DNA from: Perkinsela sp. CCAP 1560/9
Lineage: Eukaryota > Protista > Euglenozoa: Kinetoplastea
Direction: 5' to 3'
NCBI GenBank assembly: GCA_965644495.1
Contig: CBFFSA010000003.1
Location: 1,178,001 to 1,242,000 of the forward strand
DNA: 64,000 bases
The position numbers were made by a program, and so were the translations under genes. Within the stretch, counting starts at the first letter, position 1, and each line of letters starts with the position of its first letter. Below the pieces are notes generated by a model. The model did not search any database and was not told the DNA's origin. It saw only the letters and a list, made by a program, of their open reading frames with translations. Shown in pieces: positions 38,753 through 49,432 of the stretch.

Positions 38753-39993
38753 GGTGAAAGTAAAGGAAAATTCGCTTTTTTATGACTTTTTAGCTTGACA
38801 TTTTCCTTTTCAACAAAAAGACATTATCTACATGTACATATACTGTATGACTATTTTACACCCTTTTTCCGTTATTTTCCATGGTATGCCAGGGGTGTCG
38901 GGGGTTTGCTTGTCGAAAAAAGTTCACCCTCAGCCGTATATCACGCTGGACCGAAGCACAGTGCGAGCAGTGGCTTCGAAGCCACGGGCTTGTCGCGAGA
39001 AGGGTTGTCTGTGGAAAACGGGCACATTCATCACCAAAAGAAATGGAATTAGAGGGTGGTGCGTGGCACTGTACTAAGAAGTGCAAGGGTAGATACGGTG
39101 CCATGGGGCCTCTTTTGACTGGGAAGGCGAAAAAAAGTGCAAGACAAACTCTGCAGTTCATCCTGCTGTACTCTCGTGGCGAAGCTCACCCGGTTTCCGA
39201 GGCAGAGACCGACCTAAGCCATCAAATTATTGTCAGCCTTAAGCAAAAGATTGATGCGATCATGAGCACCGCTCACGTTCGTCGGAAGATTCGACGGCGC
39301 GGCACTGTTAATTCCATGCAGTGCGACGAAACTTTTTTCTCGGTACGAAAGCGAGGTGGGAACAACCATGCCAGGCGGGTGCGACAGGCAGGAACCCAGC
39401 TGGCTCAAACCATTGTTGAAACAACTAGGGACAATAAATTACGAAACATTTTTATGGAAATCGTCCCTGATCGTAGTGCAGATTCACTACTTCCAGGTAT
39501 AACGACCTTAGCTGCAGGTCCACGCACTAAGATCTGGACTGACTCGACTCGACATAACCTACAGCTAAACGGGCAGTACAAGTGGGAAAGTGTGGTTCAC
39601 CGCCGGGAATGGGTGACCTCGGGGAGTGTTCACACAAACACGGTAGAGGGAGCTAACTCTCTCGTTAAGAAAGCTTTGAAACGCGAGGGAAGTGTTCTCG
39701 GGAGAAAGGCGGAGAAGCGGTGTCACCGGGTACGCTCTTTGGCGGAGAAGTGTAACGGGAAGTTGAAGGTGAACGGGAATGATGTTCTGCTAAGAATGTT
39801 TGAAGACATTCATGATTTTTGTGATTGTGTTCATATCTAAGAGTCCAAGAAAGAAAGTTGAGGAAGTAATAAAAGTGAAGAGTGCGAAGTCGTGGCGATT
39901 TTTTACTTATGAAAACAATATAAGCATACTTAATTTGCTTTACCGACATAAACCTTTTTTTTTAAAAAAGGCGAATTTTTCTTTACTTTAACC
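38753..39993 (+). mobile_element. Complete Merlin DNA transposon (1241 bp)
   Basis: 29-bp TIRs GGT(G/T)AAAGTAAAG(G/A)AAAATTCGC(T/C)TTTTT (26/29); 8-bp TSD CAAATATC at 38745-38752 and 39994-40001. Confidence 0.95.
38881..39840 (+). CDS. Merlin/ISXO2-like (IS1595 family) DDE transposase
   Basis: N-terminal Cys/His motif; QCDETFFS.RK, IWTDS, VVH...WV...VHTNTVEG.N; uninterrupted 319 aa. Confidence 0.93.
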   Translation: MVCQGCRGFACRKKFTLSRISRWTEAQCEQWLRSHGLVARRVVCGKRAHSSPKEMELEGGAWHCTKKCKGRYGAMGPLLTGKAKKSARQTLQFILLYSRGEAHPVSEAETDLSHQIIVSLKQKIDAIMSTAHVRRKIRRRGTVNSMQCDETFFSVRKRGGNNHARRVRQAGTQLAQTIVETTRDNKLRNIFMEIVPDRSADSLLPGITTLAAGPRTKIWTDSTRHNLQLNGQYKWESVVHRREWVTSGSVHTNTVEGANSLVKKALKREGSVLGRKAEKRCHRVRSLAEKCNGKLKVNGNDVLLRMFEDIHDFCDCVHI

Positions 39994-40241
39994 CAAATAT
40001 CGAATGGGAAATCCGAGGTGAACAAATAACGCTAACTACACTGTACTTTTTACAGAGTTGTTACTTTTTATGAAAACAAAATTTGTTTTTTGGTGTATTT
40101 TTTGGAGTGCAGATGAACTCTTTTAGCCACAGTGGAAGACCGGCAAAAAAGATGAGGAGCGCTCCCAGGCACTCTCACCTAGTTTCAACCCTCTAAGTCT
40201 GATAGGTAGCGGGCGGTAAGGCGGCATGCATTCTCATGCAA

Positions 40242-40309
40242 ACGTTCCTAACTAAAGATATACATGTACGTTCCTAACAGACATACAGATATACATGTAC
40301 GTTCCTAAC
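40242..40309. repeat. 23-bp direct repeat x2 plus partial copy
   Basis: AGATATACATGTACGTTCCTAAC at 40256 and 40287; ACGTTCCTAAC at 40242. Confidence 0.8.
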
Positions 40310-40709
40310 TTAAGTTTTCAGACTTACTGTAGTTCTTACGTACCTCAAGATGTTCTACAATGGGCACGAGAAATGGGGATTATCCTTTTACAGGCCAAAT
40401 GATGATGGTGTGACTGCCTCAGACTTAGGCGCAAATTATGTGACGCAAGTGGACATGTATTCAATGCAGTACAAGCGGTATACTGAACAAAGGAAAGTTA
40501 CGACACCTTGAGATCTGAAAAATGCAACAAGAATTATCCGAAACGGGCACATTGTCAAATAAGAGTGGGGTTACTTTCCATTCGGTGGATTTATAGGATG
40601 AACGAGCAAAACAAATTCTTTCATAAAACTACGCCTTTTTTAACTAAATAATGATGTCACCATGCTTTGATCACTCCAACTTTGCTAACCTAAACTATTG
40701 TGTAAAGAA

Positions 40710-42053
40710 CTATTCCTTCAAAATGGTCTGTCGTAGCTGAACGACAAACCCACAGATTGCGAAAAAACACCCTGATATGCCCAGAAGCAGGATCCCTGCC
40801 TTTTCCCATAAACGCATACTCTCTCGGAACACTCTCCAGTACATCCACGCCGGGATAATCATCACCAACGGAATACCAAACAGTACCCCGTTAAATACGA
40901 AGACCTCCGTGATCCCGCTAGCGACCGCAGCCAACGCACACGAGGTCGCGACAATCAGAAAAGTCTGCGCTGTCCGTATCCACAAATTACTCTGCGTTTC
41001 ACAATGAAAGAACAGCAGATTCACCGTACGACGACACGCAATCGAGACCATCGGGTACCCTAACACGAAGTGAAACAGCATTAAAAACCGCCCAATATTC
41101 ATCAGGATATCGTTTTCTGCATACAGAAATAGAATATCCCCTCCATGAGTGTGGGTCTGAGGTCCAAACTGTAAATAGCCCATAATCCCTACCTGCAGAT
41201 AGAGCGCCATAATAATCACCATGGCGGGTAGAATGGCTTTATACATGGTGGCGGGTCGTCGATCTTCCAGCTCCGCATACAGCTGCGGGAGGTTATAATG
41301 CATCGCGTAGGCTACCGTGAGTACGGGAAAGGCCTGGAAGAAATCGGTCGAGGGATTAGCGACCCTTAACGGGGCTACTGAAGGCACAATTTGTTGAATT
41401 CCCACAGCCGCACCAATATATCGTATCGCGACCCCAATGGCCACATAAATCATCGTGGCCACGGAGAGGAAGGAGAACCAGTGAAGCTCGGAGATGTGCT
41501 CGGTACAGGAGATGGCAAAAAGAAGAGGGGCGCTGAGGAGAATCCAGAAAGGGGCGGAGGCGTAGAACCCGGAGAGTCTCATCCAGGAGGAGGCTAGGGG
41601 TTGCATGGAGTCCGCAATGATCACCACAAAGGAGACGGAGACCCCGAAGGTGTACCAGAACACAATGGCCTGGATGAACCATTGGAGGGAACGAGATCGA
41701 AGGGATTTGCGGGTTTGGGTATTGTTGTTAGTCTTGTTATTGTTGTCGTTTTTATCCTCCCCAGGAGGGGCATGCTTTTCGAAAGCATGTCGAAATAACC
41801 GAATATAGGACCACTCCTGGGTGTGATGGGTAAGCCGCGTGAGTACGACAAGGGCCGCACCGCTGAGGATGCCGACATAGAGAATCAGAAGACAACCGTA
41901 TACGAGGGAGGCATGGTGGAGGGAGGCGGGAAGGGCAAGGATGGCACCTCCTATGATGTTGCACAGAATGGTGTTGATGGAGGTGGTGACGGTACCAGTG
42001 CGTTTGACGTGTTCCGTACGGAGAGGAACGTGTACGGTTGCGGACTCGGACAT
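40710..42053 (-). CDS. Amino acid transporter, AAAP/SLC38-like (copy 3)
   Basis: NIIGGAILALP, HYNLPQLYAEL, GYLQFG. Confidence 0.93.
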   Translation of the reverse strand: MSESATVHVPLRTEHVKRTGTVTTSINTILCNIIGGAILALPASLHHASLVYGCLLILYVGILSGAALVVLTRLTHHTQEWSYIRLFRHAFEKHAPPGEDKNDNNNKTNNNTQTRKSLRSRSLQWFIQAIVFWYTFGVSVSFVVIIADSMQPLASSWMRLSGFYASAPFWILLSAPLLFAISCTEHISELHWFSFLSVATMIYVAIGVAIRYIGAAVGIQQIVPSVAPLRVANPSTDFFQAFPVLTVAYAMHYNLPQLYAELEDRRPATMYKAILPAMVIIMALYLQVGIMGYLQFGPQTHTHGGDILFLYAENDILMNIGRFLMLFHFVLGYPMVSIACRRTVNLLFFHCETQSNLWIRTAQTFLIVATSCALAAVASGITEVFVFNGVLFGIPLVMIIPAWMYWRVFRESMRLWEKAGILLLGISGCFFAICGFVVQLRQTILKE

Positions 42054-42644
42054 AATGGAGGTAGAGGAGAGAGGGGTGTTGAAAAAACGACGACTCGAGG
42101 TAATTAGAACTGCTCAAAAGCTAATTCTCTGGGTGGTCTCAACGTGAGAGTATGATCTGTAAAATAATACTACAGCATCGCATACCTGCATATAAATTTT
42201 ACATGGAGCAAAAGGTGTGGACGCTCCACCAGTTTGTGAATGTGAGATGCAAAAAAATCGTTCAAAGATATTAAACTTTATTCAAAACTAAGTGAGATAC
42301 CCATAACGAATAAAAGCATATTAAAACAAACTCCTTTATAAAAACCATAAAATGGCAAGAAAACCTCGTGTCAGCGTATAAATATGCAGTATAGAACACT
42401 GGAAAAACTAGTACAAAAAGAGTAAGAAAGGAAAAACAATAAAAAACACCTTTGGTAATAAGCGCATTCAGTAGTTTCTTCGGAAAAAAAAGCTCTTACA
42501 TGTATTACTTACAAACAAGATATCATTGTTTGTAATATCATATTACAAACAAGATATTCTTTTTTAAACGTTTAAAAAAGAAAAAGAAAAAGAAAACCAA
42601 AAATCCAGAAAGCGAGTTATAGTAAATGTGATTGTTGAAATAAC

Positions 42645-45600
42645 TTAATCGGTCCATAGTATTGTGTCATACAGGTTTTCTCCATATGAAAGTTTCCATC
42701 CTACACCGTTTTTAAATGTCGCACTTGGGCGGAACGCTTCAGGCTGCGACTCATCGAATAAAGCGGAAGGGTCGATTCCATATACTTCATTTAGCCACTC
42801 GCCGTAGTGTTCCAGGTAATTCACTGCTTCCTTAATAATTCCGACTAAGGATTTTAACTCATCTTTGCTACTCGTATCAAACCACATAATGGGACTGCGC
42901 ACTGCTCCCTGGTGCACACTTTCGAATTGGGATGCATAAATCATTTTAATATTAGGAAAACAAGTGGACTTTGACAAGTTCGCAAGTTTTTGAATTTGCG
43001 AATGTATGCGCGTCATAAGCATCAGAAACATTTCGTTTTGAAATCCTTTTAAGCATGCATCAAGATATTGTGGGCGATGAAAATATATGAACGGCGTTCT
43101 CTCAGATTTACGCTCATTATCATAATCTCCACTTTCACAATCTTGTCGCGACTCTTGATATATTTCTTCACGGAAACGAAATCTTTGCCCCGATGGTGGT
43201 ATAGCAACTTCTCCCACGTAGAGCGTACCATGAGCTCGTGTCTCCGGGTCTCTAGACTGCTGTAAATGAGCTCGAAATAAATAGACTTGACGCGTTAATT
43301 CTTCACTGCAGTTGAGCGAATCCATAGTTTCTTTCCATATTCTCAATGATACTGGACAAGTAATAAGCCCTGCGTTATGTCTCGTGCGTAGTAAGATGAC
43401 ACAGATGGTGTAATACATTATCCTTAATGCCATTTTCCTAAAAGATTCGAAGTCGATTCGAAGCTCCGCTAAAAGTCCCGTAGGAGTTTTGTGAAGGCCT
43501 ACGTCAAGATGTTCAACGTTGCTTTTCGGTCGAGGAGCAAATATTTTTCTAATAGGATCCTTTTCATACGCGCTTAAATGGTGAGAGGAACAGCTCAAGG
43601 GTCCACCTTCTTGCGGTTTTCCGCAACGAAAATCTACGCTTAACCATTTCACGTTCCCCCGAACAAGATTGCGTCCTGCGATCAAGGCAAATTCATCAGA
43701 TTGAGAAACACAACAGGATTTTACTATTGACAGGCGCTTTGCAGTTCCAGCACAGCGAAAAATATGAACAAGGTAATGAGCTAACAATAACCCTTCTGAT
43801 TCCAGTTCAAGGCAAGAATTAAACACGCCTATATCATTGTTAAAATTACTTTTAGTGATCTTTGGGAAGTTGAGACCATTCTTCCCTATGCTTTTCAATA
43901 ATTGAGTAAGATAGCCCTTCGATATCGTGATACATCCATTCTTGGGAGCGTCGTTGATCTGAGTCCCGCTTGTTTGTGCACCCTCTTTAATACAAGACGT
44001 ATCATTACGTCCTGCTGAGCGATCACTAATAATCGGGTCAGATTCCACTGATTCTACATAAAAAGGTACTTTACCGACTAAATTTTCTTTTGTCTCCTTA
44101 AGTGGCTCATTATCCAGTTTTTGTCCCTCATGAATTTGTCTAGTTGGTGTCCCAGCTATTGTGCTATTTCCACCTTTTAACTCGCGATTAACTGCGCTAT
44201 TCGGAGAAAGCACAAGTACTTTACGAAAGCCAAGAAAAACATGAATTCCAAGCTCTACGAATATGGAAAGGGTACGTGAACTGGCTACCCTGTCAGTGTT
44301 GAAAAGCCAAGACGTGTTTACTTTGTGGCATTCCTTAACATCAAATCCGGTTCTTAATGCCTCCCAAATATCATGACGCATAAGATGTGGAGGATGGCTT
44401 GAAAGGAAATTCCAAATATGAACCGCTTCATCCTGAAGACTTTTATAAGTTCTCGGAGTATCATGGTTCGTACTACATTTCGCGTTCGCTACTGAAATGG
44501 CTGATTCTGTATTTTCCACACAGTCAGTGGCATTGCTGTATTTATAAGGTGGAGAAAGCGTGAAGGAATGCGTGCCACCCAATGTAGCAGCGAAACTACG
44601 TGACTGTACGAAATGTCGAAGATTAGCAAAGAGTAAATGTGGAGACAAGCTGTTTCGCAGTTGTGGAAAACGATCAAAAAATAGGGTTTCCGCTAGGCAG
44701 GGGAAAAACGAAAGAATGACAGCGGTCGGAGGAAGCTTCGAGCTTATGGAGTCTATGTTTTTAGACGGCGATAAATGCAGAATGTCCTGTACGTTCTTTT
44801 GACTCAGAGCACTACGTGGTAGTATTATCTGCTTGTCTGCCACTTCCATGTTGCGTGAATCGGGAGTATCGTTCTGTGTTGATGACGTATTCGAAACTCG
44901 AAAAAACTTCTTTATGCTATTCTCCGACTCACAGTTGCAAAAGGTTTTTGTCGCAACGTTAAAGAGAACGATTCGTTCCTCTATGTTCCTGGCAGGTAAG
45001 TGTTCGCTAAGACTTATCAATACTGAGGAGTCTGCGTTACTGACCATAATCAAAATTTCGTACGGAAACCTTGTTAAAATAGTGGGGGAATCCATAATTT
45101 CATTTAACTTCGTATCACCTGCTGAATTACATGACCGACCTGAAGAACATTTTGATAATGCTGAGTCGTAAAGCAATTTCCTGGCGAGTGCATATTCAAA
45201 TTCACGGCGTTTTATCATCTTTTCAAATGGTGAACCTGAAGGAATTGGGAAATTCTCCGGTGCTGAAATGCTTCGCGTGTTCGCATATGACTGGAAGTAT
45301 TCTCTCCAAAATGATTTGTTCAAACGTATTCTTGGATTCTTTACGCGAATAGGCATAAGCGTGGTCTTCGGAACAATTGGTATCTCTCCAGACCTCGAAT
45401 GCATGATGTTTTTTAGATCAAGACAACCAAGACACACAGCCAAAGTAAGCGAATGCATAACCATATCCAGAGCTTGTTGTGCCACCAAACTTTCTGACGA
45501 ACGTTTCTCAAAGACTTGCTCCTCTTGTGGCATCTCCTTGATATATTCTGTAATAGGTTTTGCTGCTTTTTCAGTACATAAAGATGTATCCTGAAGAACT

Positions 45601-48600
45601 AAGTCACCACCAAGCAGAACGGTTTGAATATGCGAGATATTAGTCCAATTTAACTGCGGAAGCAAACGATCAGGAAATATCGCGGAATCTTTCAGTAATT
45701 CACTTGCAGATGTTTCAGCACTAATTTGTTCATCCCTCACCTCCTTTTCCAGTGCTAGCATCGACGAAGCTCTCGTGTGCTCCCCATTTTCATACAGACA
45801 ACGAACACCGTTCCCCGCTATCCTAATACTCAGGAACAATCCCAGCATCATTTGAGACAGATGAATGAGGCATTGACCTTGGGTTGCACAGGACACTTGA
45901 TGGTAGAAAATTTCAACAAGAAACTGTGCCTCTAAAGGGACCAATTTCGGACCGATGGTGTGATCGTTATGATAAATACCCGAAAAAGGAAGCGGTGCAG
46001 CGCATAAATGGCCGGATAGTATTTGTGTTGCGTAGTTTATGCACCACAACCGAGGCGGTATTCGAAAATAGAGCTTTGATAGAATGAGCTTTAATATAGA
46101 AACCTCTGAATCATGCACGCTTTTTTCTATGCCATCCCGTGGCGGAATTTTACTTGGGATACGCTCTTTTCTCGTCCAATCGTGCCCCACAATGACATCC
46201 ACATTTGCAAGGATTTCTTGAAGTAAGTCAATTTGTAGAGTGTTTTCCAATAAATCTTCTATATTATAGCAGAAGTACTCAAAATCAGATTGTCCAATCG
46301 CGCCAAGCTGATGAAGAAGACAAGAATTACGTGTCATGTGCATAGTAAAGCTTTCACCTGAATAATTGTTGTTGAGCCAAAACGCTATAGGGAGAATAGA
46401 CTTGAGAAAACCAGACGTTTCATTCTCGGCTGGTGTGAGGTCTTTTTCAGGAAATTGATAAATCCACAATCCAAGGCGAAAGCTGTGTGATACCCAAACA
46501 AAACACACACGTCGTAAGTATGCGTCTTTCAGCGAATCCTCTTTTTGACGTCTCTCAGGTAATTGACTCAAAGCGCTCCAATACGAAGAAAATCGTTTCC
46601 TTGCTCCACTAACACAAGAGCCCTTTTCTTTGAAAGAACACCAACAATCTTGTAACTGATCTTTAATAAGGCTAGTAGCACGCTTTTGCATTGATGTGCT
46701 ATCGATTTGAATGAAAGGCTGTTGTATTACTGAAGATGTGTATCCACTGATTTTACTTAAAATACCGGATGGCAAGAGTGACAAATGCAGTTCGGCTTGG
46801 GAAAAAGGCGCCGAAAACATAGGTTGGATGTGGGGATTACATCCTGTGGAGTAAGTGCTTGTCAGATGCCCTTGATGATTGTCCACTAAATGATAGTCAG
46901 GAACCGGACTTCTTTTGCAGTCGTTCTTTTGCATTATTTGAAGACTTAGGCAATGTACTAGATACCGTTTTAGAGACAGGTCCGTCTGAAATCGTGCCAC
47001 CCATGTGTTCCAGGTATCGCAAAGTTTGCTATACTTGCCAATCGTAATGTCCGAAGGCATCGCGCAAGGTGCAGCTGCGTTTGCATATTCTGTAGGTAGC
47101 GGAAGCAATTGACACTCGGTAGCAGATAGCGTGTATACTAATTTGCCAAACTTTTTCTGACCGTGGACTACAAAAAAATCCAGTACACTACTTTTGGGTT
47201 GCTTTTCCTTTAAAAAGAGATTGCGTATGGTCGTCTCAGTCGCACTGTCCGCAGCCAAGAGGAGTAAAACTGGGTAGTTTGAAGTCTCAATTAGAAGTCG
47301 TTGTAATGTATGGTGATTTCGCATGACGATGTGTGAATATGATTTTGCCGTCCGGGTGTTGAAGAACTCGATTTTATAAACACTCCGAGAAGTGCTAAAA
47401 CGTGCACGTAGCAAAATAGTTTCCTGAAGTTCAAGATAAAACGCAGCAATATCAGGAAACGTTTCCTCTTCATCACGGCTTTTCGCGTGCCCATCGGAAG
47501 TATCTCCTAAATCGAGGTTGTCGCTTACGAAAGTGCTCTGACTGAAAGGAAGCCTTTCTGTCACATGTAGATGAGCACTATATTGGATGAGTAGCCTACA
47601 TGCCTGCGAAGTTTCTCGAATAGAGTGGTCGAAATTTAATGGACGTGGGTCAGAAACTGGAGTAAGTCGTAAATGTGAATAATCAATCATGTCTTCAGAG
47701 ATTTGTGACGGAGCCAAATATCTCTGCTTGTCAGGGGATTGCATTCTTCGAGATGTTTGCAGTCCTGCCGCAAGCTTCGAGGTATCGCATAGAACACCGT
47801 CTTTGTAAGATTCCCCATCATGGGCACTCGAGGTACAACACTGCGTTGAAGCAACATGTTGCAAGGATCGGACCCGTGAGTGATGGACGTGGTAGGTTTG
47901 CAAGATAATCGGAAATGGGGGCAAAAAGGTACAGAAAGGTTTTTGTGTTTCAGTTGAGTGCCGGGAAGACTGCAGGAGGTTGCGATTTTGTTCAATATTA
48001 CAAGTACTTAAGATACTAAGGAAATACTGCGCTGGGGTTTGTGAGATTGGAACACTGCGTGCTGACACGCGTCTAGTTGCGAGGAGAGCACACAACCACG
48101 AACCAGTCTTTTCATCTCGAAAAACAGCCCCCCCTGCGTCAGCATAGAGGTCACATCTAAACAAAGCGGAACTTGGTTCATGTTCGTCCCACTCCGAAAC
48201 AAATCTCTCTAAGCCAACATCACTGCATGTCACTTTTCCGGCCTGAGATTTGAAATTCGAAGCAAGGGCTAACGTTAGATTGCCACAAGGGATTAAAGAA
48301 TAATGAAATCTTTGTGATTTAATGTGTTGAATGGCACTGCCCCGTACTGAGAGTGGTTGATGAAATTTCTGTGCAAAATTGAAAAATGATTGAAGGTGAT
48401 AGGCGTGTGAATATTTTCGTGACAAGCTATGTATTGAGCGTGCGTTCACACCCGTAAAGTTGAATATAGAATTTGAAATACACGTTGTAAGTGCAATAAG
48501 GATGATGTGACGCTGTTCTGTCCAAAAGCATCCATGTGTGCTGTGTGATAAATCGCTTGTTTCCGCAATAGCGTCACGACTTCTACTATTGTCATGTAGG

Positions 48601-48647
48601 CAACCTGAAAAGTGGCACATTACGTGAGCGGCCTTTAACCACGACAT
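42645..48647 (-). CDS. 2000-aa protein with degenerate family-A DNA polymerase C-terminus (kinetoplastid mitochondrial POLI-like)
   Basis: Ordered remnants: VIVGHD, NW...IQTVLLGG, GPLSCS..L, IRKIFAPR...GLLAELR, PSGQRFRFRE, LKGFQNEM, IMWFD, LNEVYG, YGENL. Confidence 0.6.
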   Translation of the reverse strand: MSWLKAAHVMCHFSGCLHDNSRSRDAIAETSDLSHSTHGCFWTEQRHIILIALTTCISNSIFNFTGVNARSIHSLSRKYSHAYHLQSFFNFAQKFHQPLSVRGSAIQHIKSQRFHYSLIPCGNLTLALASNFKSQAGKVTCSDVGLERFVSEWDEHEPSSALFRCDLYADAGGAVFRDEKTGSWLCALLATRRVSARSVPISQTPAQYFLSILSTCNIEQNRNLLQSSRHSTETQKPFCTFLPPFPIILQTYHVHHSRVRSLQHVASTQCCTSSAHDGESYKDGVLCDTSKLAAGLQTSRRMQSPDKQRYLAPSQISEDMIDYSHLRLTPVSDPRPLNFDHSIRETSQACRLLIQYSAHLHVTERLPFSQSTFVSDNLDLGDTSDGHAKSRDEEETFPDIAAFYLELQETILLRARFSTSRSVYKIEFFNTRTAKSYSHIVMRNHHTLQRLLIETSNYPVLLLLAADSATETTIRNLFLKEKQPKSSVLDFFVVHGQKKFGKLVYTLSATECQLLPLPTEYANAAAPCAMPSDITIGKYSKLCDTWNTWVARFQTDLSLKRYLVHCLSLQIMQKNDCKRSPVPDYHLVDNHQGHLTSTYSTGCNPHIQPMFSAPFSQAELHLSLLPSGILSKISGYTSSVIQQPFIQIDSTSMQKRATSLIKDQLQDCWCSFKEKGSCVSGARKRFSSYWSALSQLPERRQKEDSLKDAYLRRVCFVWVSHSFRLGLWIYQFPEKDLTPAENETSGFLKSILPIAFWLNNNYSGESFTMHMTRNSCLLHQLGAIGQSDFEYFCYNIEDLLENTLQIDLLQEILANVDVIVGHDWTRKERIPSKIPPRDGIEKSVHDSEVSILKLILSKLYFRIPPRLWCINYATQILSGHLCAAPLPFSGIYHNDHTIGPKLVPLEAQFLVEIFYHQVSCATQGQCLIHLSQMMLGLFLSIRIAGNGVRCLYENGEHTRASSMLALEKEVRDEQISAETSASELLKDSAIFPDRLLPQLNWTNISHIQTVLLGGDLVLQDTSLCTEKAAKPITEYIKEMPQEEQVFEKRSSESLVAQQALDMVMHSLTLAVCLGCLDLKNIMHSRSGEIPIVPKTTLMPIRVKNPRIRLNKSFWREYFQSYANTRSISAPENFPIPSGSPFEKMIKRREFEYALARKLLYDSALSKCSSGRSCNSAGDTKLNEIMDSPTILTRFPYEILIMVSNADSSVLISLSEHLPARNIEERIVLFNVATKTFCNCESENSIKKFFRVSNTSSTQNDTPDSRNMEVADKQIILPRSALSQKNVQDILHLSPSKNIDSISSKLPPTAVILSFFPCLAETLFFDRFPQLRNSLSPHLLFANLRHFVQSRSFAATLGGTHSFTLSPPYKYSNATDCVENTESAISVANAKCSTNHDTPRTYKSLQDEAVHIWNFLSSHPPHLMRHDIWEALRTGFDVKECHKVNTSWLFNTDRVASSRTLSIFVELGIHVFLGFRKVLVLSPNSAVNRELKGGNSTIAGTPTRQIHEGQKLDNEPLKETKENLVGKVPFYVESVESDPIISDRSAGRNDTSCIKEGAQTSGTQINDAPKNGCITISKGYLTQLLKSIGKNGLNFPKITKSNFNNDIGVFNSCLELESEGLLLAHYLVHIFRCAGTAKRLSIVKSCCVSQSDEFALIAGRNLVRGNVKWLSVDFRCGKPQEGGPLSCSSHHLSAYEKDPIRKIFAPRPKSNVEHLDVGLHKTPTGLLAELRIDFESFRKMALRIMYYTICVILLRTRHNAGLITCPVSLRIWKETMDSLNCSEELTRQVYLFRAHLQQSRDPETRAHGTLYVGEVAIPPSGQRFRFREEIYQESRQDCESGDYDNERKSERTPFIYFHRPQYLDACLKGFQNEMFLMLMTRIHSQIQKLANLSKSTCFPNIKMIYASQFESVHQGAVRSPIMWFDTSSKDELKSLVGIIKEAVNYLEHYGEWLNEVYGIDPSALFDESQPEAFRPSATFKNGVGWKLSYGENLYDTILWTD

Positions 48648-49023
48648 TTTTAATCTATGAATTCAACACCCGTGTGATGATTCGTTGCACGTTTCTATTC
48701 CTTGCTTAGAGTTGCATGGATTAATAGTCTCAAGTAGAACAAGGTAAAAATTCTCACAATTACATAATAATGTAATACATTTTAGCGCATACGCGAATTC
48801 ATCCGTCATACTAAAGGAGTTGTATGCATAGTGTTTTGTATGTAGACGCTGTGAATTTCTTTACGACGTCTCATGGTCCTTTTTAATACATATCGCTTGG
48901 ATTTGAATCTCAATGAAATGGTGTTCGATAGAAGATCAGCAAGAAAAAAAGACAGTGTCCAAGAAGTAAGGTTAACTGACAAATCCAATCTATGCAGAAC
49001 GACGATGCACCATTAAAACAGTT

Positions 49024-49197
49024 CTACCTTTGAGATGTATTTTCCCGCCGTTGAGCTGCCTCTCGAAATCGAGGAGCAACGATAAACCGATTGATGGAAA
49101 ATAGCACCAACATTAAGGCATAGGTTCCAAATATCATTTTCGCTGCCGTGGGTCTAGCCTTGAAGGGGTTATACATAGCCTTAAACGGGTTGTACAT
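49024..49197 (-). CDS. Single-TM microprotein (57 aa, or 50 aa from ATG 49176)
   Basis: MYNPFKA duplicated with three synonymous and no replacement differences; TM MIFGTYALMLVLFSI; basic tail. Confidence 0.65.
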   Translation of the reverse strand: MYNPFKAMYNPFKARPTAAKMIFGTYALMLVLFSINRFIVAPRFREAAQRRENTSQR

Positions 49198-49432
49198 TGC
49201 GCAAATAGTGTTATGTAGATTGGTGAAACTAAAATTCGAAATGCACACGAAATACCACGTAAGTAGTGCTGGTACTGTGGTAGTAAGTGGTAGTATGTGA
49301 TAGAAAATGATATATTTCGGTATAGTGTCACTGTGGTAGGTGTATCATAAGAAACTGTACTGCCTCCCAGAGACAAGCTTTGGAAATTCCACCTGTAATT
49401 TACTCACTTATTAGTTGTCATTTTACAAAGAT

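Noticed and set aside
40024-40053. Spliced-leader-like text AAATAACGCTAACTACACTGTACTTT
   Set aside because: Shares TAACGCTA and CTGTACTTT with kinetoplastid SL but lacks the central CAGTTT and the TTG/GT donor; chance or an unprovable relic.
40399-40486. C/D snoRNA-like ATGATGA...CTGA
   Set aside because: Antisense to the cluster, no terminal stem or recognisable guide.
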